64,000 nt of DNA, taken from contig CM074807.1 of NCBI GenBank assembly GCA_037447605.1, positions 1,364,001 to 1,428,000 on the forward strand. Direction: 5' to 3'. The notes beneath the pieces are model-generated. The model had not been told where the DNA came from, searched no databases, and worked only from the letters and a program-made list of their open reading frames with translations. The translations under genes and the position numbers were made by a program. This document shows positions 55,611-64,000 of this stretch, in pieces; the stretch's first letter is position 1; the number at the start of each line of letters is the position of its first letter. This DNA is from Zygnema circumcarinatum SAG 698-1b. Lineage: Eukaryota; Plantae; Zygnematophyceae.

Positions 55611-57397
55611 ATGGCGGCAGTGCTCCGCCTGCAGTTGCCGCGGCCTGCCTTACACGGTCATCATGGCGGTCGTGCTCTTCTGGACGATAGCAGAAGTTGT
55701 CGAGTCGGTTTTTCTCTGAGCTGCGTGCAGGAATGCGGGAAAGGGAGCTCAAGAGCGAGCAGTTTGAGAGTGCAGCACGGTGGGAGGTTTGAAAGACTTC
55801 CGAGGCCTCTGCAGGTGTATGACCCGCAGGCGCGTGTTGATTTTCCCCTTCGAGACGAAGATTTGGAAGGTCAGTGAACCTACTGTGCTGGCCTGCAATG
55901 GTTCGTCTTGCATACTATCGCGCCTTGTATTGCACCTTCATGGAGCTCCTTAACATTTTCCTTCTAGGGAGTTTTCACTTCACTTCTCACATTGGTCTCT
56001 TTGTGTCATGTGACCTTAACGGGGGACTCCACTGGTGGACTCCATTACTGATTGAGGACTTGGGAGTTGGCATTGGGATTTTGTCCTTTTCAGTTTGCAC
56101 ATTCTCGTATGCTCTTGTAAGCATGTTTTTTTGAGCTGACCGATGGCTTCTGCTCCCTGCAGGCCGACGTTTGCTGATACTGGCTCCTCCTGACTTGCAG
56201 CTGACTCAGAAATTATTCCGAGTCCGCCTCCAACTGGTGGCCGCCTTGAAATCATTGTAGACAAGGAAGCCATCAAACGGGTGGATTTAACAGCAGCACA
56301 TGATGTGCTACGCCCCTACGTCTCTCAAGTTGGTGAGTCTTTTGGCTTGGCATAAGGTTAACACGGTGGAGGAGTGTTCAAGACTTAGAACTAGTGCTGC
56401 GTTTACGTGCTCTTCAAGTTGAATAACGGCTTTCAACAAGGTTGAGCACTCGTCCATCGAGAGTTCTCCGATGTTGCTTTCCTCCTATAGACGCCTGACA
56501 GATTAAAGGTTTGCTCACATAAGTGAAACTAAATCCTTTAGTTGGAGAGCAACAAGTCTCCTACTTCGTCGGGAGACCTCTTTATTCAGCTGCCCTTCGC
56601 TCAACACTTGCTGATGATGCTGCAGGAGATAATGTGGGCGAATCACGGAAGGACCCTCGGGAACTCATGGAACGCTCGGTTGGCTTTACCATTAACTATG
56701 AGCGCGAGGACCCTCTGGATCCACGCGAACTTTCTGAATTATCAGATGTCCGGATATGGTTCGTGAGGCTGGACGATGCCTATCCATGGCTTCCAGCTGT
56801 ACTTGACTGGAGAGGAGGAGAGCTTGCGCGGTACACTGCCATGCTTGTCCCACATCAGGTACATGCCAAGTCTCACAGCAACCTATTCCTGCCTTCGCTG
56901 TTGTTTGTCTAAAGGGATCAGTGTCCTTTTGTGGGTTCTCAAATATACTGACATCTCCTGCAAATATGATCGGACCTTGCGTGGCTCATTCACACTTTCC
57001 GATAGTTGTGTTTGTTTCAGTGTGCTTTTTGTATAATGTTGTTCTAGGTTGCCTTGGCACCAGTTTCACACAGTGCGATTTTGAATGCAAGTGCCTTGGC
57101 TCGTTTGGTTCAAGTGAAAGCACTTTGTCATCTTTGTTTAAGTGGTAATGCTAAGGAGACATGGAAATGCTTTGGTTTCGTGCTGGTAAACAGATGACTC
57201 GACGCACAGGACTTGTTTTCAATCCAGAGGCCCTGGAGATCTTCTCGCTACGAAAATACTTTACGGTTTATGAATGGATGCGAGCACGAGGACTCCCAAG
57301 ACCTGACTCTCGAGTGAAGGACATGATGAAAGTGCTCGGGTTTTCCATTGACGATGCCCTCTATACCATCATGGAGCAGTCTCCGCCGCCCGCTTAG
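55611..57397 (+). CDS. CRR6: CHLORORESPIRATORY REDUCTION 6 (NDH assembly factor, DUF1817), 4 exons
   Basis: Transit peptide; SVGFTINYEREDPLDPRELSELSDVRIWFVRLDDAYPWLPAVLDWRGGELARYTAMLVPHQ|MTRRTGLVFNPEALEIF. Confidence 0.94.
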
Positions 57398-57866
57398 ACA
57401 TATTCACGTTCTCACATGGCGTCCCACCAGCCCTTAGGACTCTCCTTAACCGAACTGTACAAATGGATGGAGCTGGGCTGCAAGCTAAGCTGGGCCTTCA
57501 AGCCTAGTCCGCCACAGATACTTTTTAAATTCTTGGTTAGTGTAAGAATCGGTTAGAATGGAGGTCCTTTGTCTTCCTCTTTCTTAGTTCATTCCATGTA
57601 TCAAAAGGGCCTTAGACAGAGTACCAGAACAATTTCAGAGTTCGTATTGCTCGGATCCGCGGCTGTTCCTCTTAACAGGCTGTTCAGAGAGCGACATATG
57701 AATGGACCAACCATCCAAAACGCTACCAATAAAAAAACCAAAGGGTCCACCGACCAATTGCTGTCCTACAAGCATGTACGAGCATGCGCCTACTGAGGTT
57801 CCCAGACAGACTGAATGGGTGTCTAACTGATGAACCGCTGAAAGTGATATGGAAGGGCACATGTGC

Positions 57867-60800
57867 CTACGGAAGTGCCCATTGGCGGATGCAGACGTCG
57901 TCCCCCACAGAGAGCAACGCCTCCTTGTCTTTGAAGGCAACACATGTCACGCCGCCCGGATGCGCGCGCTTGATGGTGAGCCTCGCAGAGGGCGGCTTGG
58001 AGACGTCCCACACAATGACGGAGGTGTCCAAGGAGCCTGTGGCCACCCTCGTGCTGTCGGGGGACCACGCCAGGCAGCTCACCCGAGCTGTGTGGTACAG
58101 CATGTTTTTCACCTTCGCCTGCACAGAGGGGAAGGGACTCCGTTCAAACATGCTGAAGGGTTGCCACAGTCATGGGGATGAATGGGCTGGGCCATGTGAA
58201 GATCAGGATGATAGGAAGACAGCCCAGAACTATCTCTTCTCTGGGAATTGATTGGCCATGGGGAATTAAGCTTCCTCAAAGAGCACAAGAAATAACGGCT
58301 TTCTCCCTATGATAACCTTGCTAGTAAGACAAGAAGGCCCCAGCATCTTTTAGATCACAGACAAAGCAGACACGCAAACAAAGCAGACCTGATAAACAGA
58401 GAAAACTTAAGACAAAGCCAAAGACGACACGACAAAGCCTCAGACAACACGACAAAGCCTCACCTCTCTGCTGATGCTATCCCAGATAACAACTTCTGGT
58501 TTTTCGTCTCCAGATGCCACCATGGACCCATCAGGCGAGTATGCCAGAGTAGTAATAGCTGCTCGATGCCGCTCCAATTCGACTTCCTTGGATATGGTAT
58601 CGCCTCTGACAGCATACACATGAAGCTTGCCGTTGGAGGATCCTACGATGGCTTCCTTTCCGTCAGGGGATATGCCGACTGCTGTTGCTTGAAAGCCCAG
58701 TGGCGTGGTGGAAAGCAACGTGTTCCCCTCCAATAGAGCGAGGCCCTTCTCTGTGATACATATCACGACCTTGGGGTTGTTGGTGGCCACAGAGATGTCC
58801 TTGGGCTGTGAGCCCACATCTGTCATTCCATCGCTGCTATACTGCTCAGCTGGAAGTTGCATTTTTCGCACCTGGCCCATAGCCCACGCTCCTCCACAAG
58901 CATTAGGGTTTGCTTCGTTCAGCTTCCTTTTTCCCAGGACCCAAAGGTTCATCACAGCGAGCAATGCCTAACAGCAGTGTGAACCGTCTCCATGAGGGAA
59001 AGTCATGCAATGGTACTCTGAGCAAAACGCACACCTAAGTCGCAAAGCAAACAGCCAAATTCAGGCAACAATAGTGTACCGTGTCATCAAATGAACAGGT
59101 TATAAGATGATCATCTCCGAGAGCCATTTTTCGGATAGAGTTGCCCTGCCCTGTGCCCTGAAGCCTTCCAAGAGACCCTTGTCCAACCCTCCAGCGAACA
59201 AGTGCTCCATCATAACTGCTGGTGTACAGTTCCACTTCCCCTTCAGGACCATGGAACACCTGCATGGCGTTAATGAACTTGTTGTGGCCATGAAGGATAC
59301 GAGAAGGCAATCGAGGGTCAGATAAAGACAGATAGTTGATGTCTCCAGACAGGGAAATGGTCACAATGTGTTTTGGTAGCCAGAGACATCCCACCTGCAC
59401 CAAACCAGCGCACTCCCAAGAAACTGGAAAGACTTAGCTTTCAGAACAAAAAAAAAAACAACCCATACAAAAAAAACTCATACAAAGACAACCCCAACCC
59501 AACCCTTTACCGTTTCTCAAGTTAATCCAAGCTCCAAGCTGGCAACGATGTAGTTTAAGGATGGCTTAGCTAGGAACGGATGTTGGTTTTCTTGCCAGCA
59601 TGGAAGGGACTTGCGCTTACACCCTTTCACTTTCCCAAAAGAAAAGCGGACGGACTTTCCAAACTTACTTGCATATGCTCCACACCTGGTTGCTCCGCAA
59701 AAGTAAAAGTGGTGTTTACAGTGCCCGTGCCCTCCTCTGATATGTCCCAGATTTTGGCTGTCTTGTCTGCAGATACTGTGATCAACTGCCAACAACAGAA
59801 AACTTGTTAGTCGAACATACAATGTGAAGTCTTCAGGGCAAAAAAAGCCATAAAAAATGCCTTGTTCTAGGGGCAACATTGAAGAGATCAGACTCTGCAA
59901 ATCCGAGTTATAGGAGGAGGCACCAACCGCCAGGGGGCAGCTATACAGGAAAGGCTCAGCCGACCTGCTTCCCATCGGGACTCCAGCAGACAGCGTAAAC
60001 GCTCCCTGAATGACCATCCTCAGATGAAAGTTCGCCCATCTTGCTGCCCGACTTGCCCTCATAAAGAACGCACTTCTTGTCCGAGCTTACAGATATAAAC
60101 TTGCTGCCATCTGGCGAGTAGCGTATACAGTGGACATAGTTTGAGTGCTCCCTGCTCAAAGCAACCGGAACATGTGAGTGAATGTTTTGGGTTTGCTTAT
60201 AGGCGGATCAGTCACCAGTTCTAACAACAAGAGAGGGCAGATCAATGCATCCGTACGATATGTCGAAGTGGGTCAAAGACAAGATGCACGTGCAAAAACG
60301 ACAAATGCAAGTTCACAAAATCTGGGGAGAGTGAAAGGGGTCTGAGTGCTTGAGTCAAGCAAAACGAAGACAGAGGCAGAGTATTGGATAAGTGGTGAAC
60401 AGGGTTTGTCACGTAGAAAGGCACGGTCTGTGTCCCCTAGATTTGGAAGTATTTTCCGACTGTCGAGAAAGCCAAGTAATCTAAAGAGTAAAGCGATACC
60501 ACTACTAAGCTCCTATAATTCCTAATTTCCAGATTATAATGGATCCAGCATCCACTATAGGGAGATGATTGATGATCAGACATGCTTCGAAGTTTGGCAG
60601 GGCTATGATCTCTGGACGGATACTCGGGTCCGCTTATTAGAACATGGAAGAGTGGTGCAAACATGAGACAGAAAAGAGTAGCAACCGCGTGTACCTGTTC
60701 GAATGTGAAAACCGAAATGGTGGCCCTTGATAGAAATTGACGAGATTATCCTCTCCACAAGTGACCATGCGAAATGGGCGGACTGGGCGCAGACTGCAGC

Positions 60801-61773
60801 TGAGAACGCGCTTTGAATGGCCATCGAACTCACCAACATTATTGCCAGAATCCCACCTGCCAACATGACATGGCAATATCTTTTATTATTCACAGTGCAG
60901 CAGCAAGTTCGTTTTCAAATACCAGTAGCTGGACCCACTTTCTGAATCATTGCCCTTTTGGTTAATTCCGACAATGGATCCTTATCATAGATGGAGGTAT
61001 GGAAAAATGAGCACAAACAATTTGGGCAGTGGAGCCTTTTTCTGTGGAAGCTTTCCTAACTGTGCTAGACTCCGGCTTTAGCCATCTGAAGTCACTTCGG
61101 TCATTGAATCCAATGCTGCCAGACAGAGAGCCATCCCTTTGGCAATATGCCAGGGAAAGATGAGAGCAGCTTAGGCTTCAACCACGTAGCAGATGCAAGG
61201 CAAATGCAAAGTGCATGCAGCACAATGCAAATGAAAGGGAGTTCTATTTCCTTCCTTCCACTTGTCTATCAACTTTTTCATCCAACTGTGTACCTACCAA
61301 GCCTAAAGTCTTCAAAAGAAGATACGCCTCTAAAGAATAGGTCACATTTCTGAAGGGGCATGAGGAAATGCTTACATGAAGCAACGTACAAACTGCGATC
61401 CTTTCCCATCTCCTGCAACAGCTATGCGCTCCCCGTCAGCCGACCACTGCAGATCCTCAATGCTGCCAGAGAGAGCACGAATCTCAAACTTCAGAATGTG
61501 ATTATGCTCCGCCCTCCTTGCCCAGACCCGCACATTTCCTGTAACATCTCCAGATGCCACCCACTCCCCGTTGGGAGAAAAGCGTGCCACCGTGGTGTTG
61601 TGCACATGCTCAGTGTACACGTCGACCTGCAAGGGATCATCCAGGCTGCGCAGGATGACAGCCCTTCCATTGCAATATGCAATAGAGGAACTCTTTGGAT
61701 CGCCTGAAATAAGCACTCTGCGCCCCCGCTCAGTGGCAGGAAGGCTTACATACGTAGTTTCCAGGCGTGCCAT
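57867..61773 (-). CDS. AIP1: Actin-interacting protein 1 (WDR1), WD40 double beta-propeller, 7 exons
   Basis: [35 protein letters not shown]; [43 protein letters not shown]; [14 protein letters not shown]; [23 protein letters not shown]. Confidence 0.95.
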
Positions 61774-62002
61774 CAAGTCTAACCCTTCTACGGGGAGAGG
61801 GGAGGGCTAGAACCGGGAGAAAAATGCAGCGTGAGAAGGTAAAATGTGAGGAGAAGGGAGAGTGGGAAGCAGAGAGCTTTCACCGTAACCCTTTGTGAAG
61901 GAGCAGTTCGATCAAAATTAGGGTTTGGCTCGTTTTGGGGAGCGGGGACCGGAAGGCGGAGGCCTTGCTTGTTTTAAGCTTCGTTGCAGACAAACTGCTG
62001 TC

Positions 62003-63639
62003 ATGGCTACGCCGTGTATCCAGGCTGCTGCGGGACAGATATGGCTGCGGTCGGAGGCTTGGGAGGGAGGTCTTATATTGAAAGCTCCTTTGATGCAGAG
62101 GAAGTTTGGTGAGGGGCTCCATTTGGAGGGTACACGACAAAGGAATGTGAGGCTTTCTTGCTCCAAGATTAGAACTTCTTCTCTAGAGAAGAGATTCACT
62201 GCAGGTATTAGAGGAGGGAGGACGCGTGTGGTCCAAGAAGGAGCTTCAGAGGCTACCACTTTCTCTGCTCCTTCCGTGGAGGCGACTGTCGACAGACTGC
62301 TGGAACTGGTACAGCAGCATTTCTGCTTTCTTTTTACTCTTTGTTACTCGGCAAAGGGAGCCCTACTATTCTGCTTTCAAGTGCTACTACTCGTGTGTTT
62401 CTCACCTGCTGTAGGCAAGTTTACAACTCTGAGCTGGATTTTAGGGTTTAGGTTGCCGAAACTGACAGGGGAGCAGAAGCAGAGGAAGCGAGGAGAAAGG
62501 AGGTGGAGCAGCTGATAGGCCAGCTGGAGAACAGGGGTCTGGACGAGCCTTTGAAGAGCCCGCTTGTGTTTGGCGGTGAGTTGCGGCCGTCTTTCAAATT
62601 TCAACGCCCAACAATCCTGCCTTTAGTTGCATTAGCCTTCACTGCGAAGAATTTCTGGACATTCAGGGTCTCTCTGTGCAGCAGCCGAAGACCGCTTTAT
62701 TGCTTGTCACGCTATTTTATTATTTTGTTTTTGAAATAAACGGTCGGGACCTGAGGATGCATCATGCTGGAACGTCAACCTATTGCAAGCTGGCGGAGGA
62801 GTTACTTTAATCATTGTCTGAGCTTTGAATGGAGAGGACGGTTTATGCCGTTTGGTGTACCGAGTGTTCTTCTCAGTTTGTTCTTGTGCGAGTATCACTA
62901 AGTCTTCTTGGAGCGATTTCATTCGATGCGCTGCCTTCTTCCATGTAGCCATCACTCCCATACTTGTCACGGGTAGAGCAAAAGGCGTGAAAGCTAAAAG
63001 ATATGGGATCTGCTGATGGAATTGCTATCATTTCTGATACGACTAATAGCATTTGGAATGAATTCACTGGTATTGCAGAATGGGACGTGGCATACACCTC
63101 AAGTCCTACAGCGGCAGGTGGCTATTATCGGTCCCTTCTCGGAAGATATATTTTGAAGACAGAAGAGTTAGTGCAGACAATCAGCGAGCCTAATAACGCA
63201 GGCAATCGGTTGGTCTTCCGAGCCTTTAATGTCATTCCAGGAGAAGTGACACTCCAAGGTATTTAGTCATGCACGTCCTTACTGCCCTTGGAGCTCTTGT
63301 TTTCTGTTGCGTGTCCCTCTGCTTGGGGGCTCGTCAGACGTGTATGGAATCAGAAACTACACAGCTAGCAAGCTTTTCCCTTTTATAGCAAAATAGAGGG
63401 GAAACGGAGCCACAGCATTTGACCCACACTTCTGTGTCTTGGTGGGTGTAGGTAAATTTGAGGCGTTGGATAGCAAATGGGTGAAGGTGGTATTTGAAAA
63501 GCCCACCTTTCAGCTGGGGCCCTTCAGCTTCAGATATGGAGGCATCAGCACTGTGCAGCTCTCTGTCACCTTCTTGGACGACCGTGTTCGCATTGGGCGA
63601 GGATCAAGGGGTTCCTTGTTCGTGTTCAAACGGAGATAG
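62003..63639 (+). CDS. FBN6: Fibrillin/PAP-domain plastid protein, FBN6 (PAP8)-like, 4 exons
   Basis: Transit peptide; SPLVFG|EWDVAYTSSPTAAGGYYRSLLGR..GEVTLQ|GKFEALDSKWVKVVFEKP..TFLDDRVRIGRGSRGSLFVFKRR-stop. Confidence 0.85.
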
Positions 63640-64000
63640 TGATGGCAGGAGCCACCTCGAGCCCCTCTCTCATTGTGGGGTGGTTTGAACTTAACATGGT
63701 GGCGCCCGATCCCCTTCTTCGTGTGTGAAGTCACCAAATCGTTTGGAGGGTACTCCCCATGGAGCTCTGGGAGAGTCATTGTCATCAGAGTTTCGTTACG
63801 TTTTCTTATTTCCAGTAACAGCAAGTTTTGGCGTGATCTATTGTAAATGAGAGTGATTGTTTATTGTCAAGAGAAGTTAGTCGATGTGTATACGTTAGTA
63901 ATCGACGTAATCTAATCAAATCAATTTGAAGGCCGAATGGGGGCATGTGCGGGCTCCGCCTGTACTTTCAGCCTCCCTGAAGTTTGAGATGTGCAACCCA

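Overview
Gene-dense eukaryotic nuclear DNA from a green plant lineage. CRR6, two-repeat PsbY, BAM2, FBN6, URT1 and spliceosomal introns suggest a streptophyte, most likely a streptophyte alga; the species cannot be fixed from the sequence. Thirteen protein-coding genes were assembled by hand across introns: ELP4, MAEA, RMND5, a plastid-targeted polyphosphate glucokinase (PPGK)-like gene, TMEM230-like, an FHA/NIPP1-like gene, a MOV10/SDE3-family helicase, PsbY, BAM2, URT1, a RAP1/TERF2IP-like gene, CRR6 and AIP1, plus FBN6 as a fourteenth at the right edge. Repeats include a degenerate RLE-type LINE at 1.6-3.2 kb and a nested cluster of terminal-inverted-repeat (TIR) DNA elements at 14-16.6 kb. 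Most notable: (1) a complete BRCT-Myb-RCT RAP1 shelterin homologue, a protein generally regarded as missing from flowering plants; (2) an intron-containing, bacterial-type PPGK with a transit peptide; (3) the two RING subunits of the CTLH/GID ligase (MAEA, RMND5) lying tail-to-tail; (4) two U12 introns, one AT-AC, sharing a variant donor. All family assignments rest on motif recognition from memory, not database searches.
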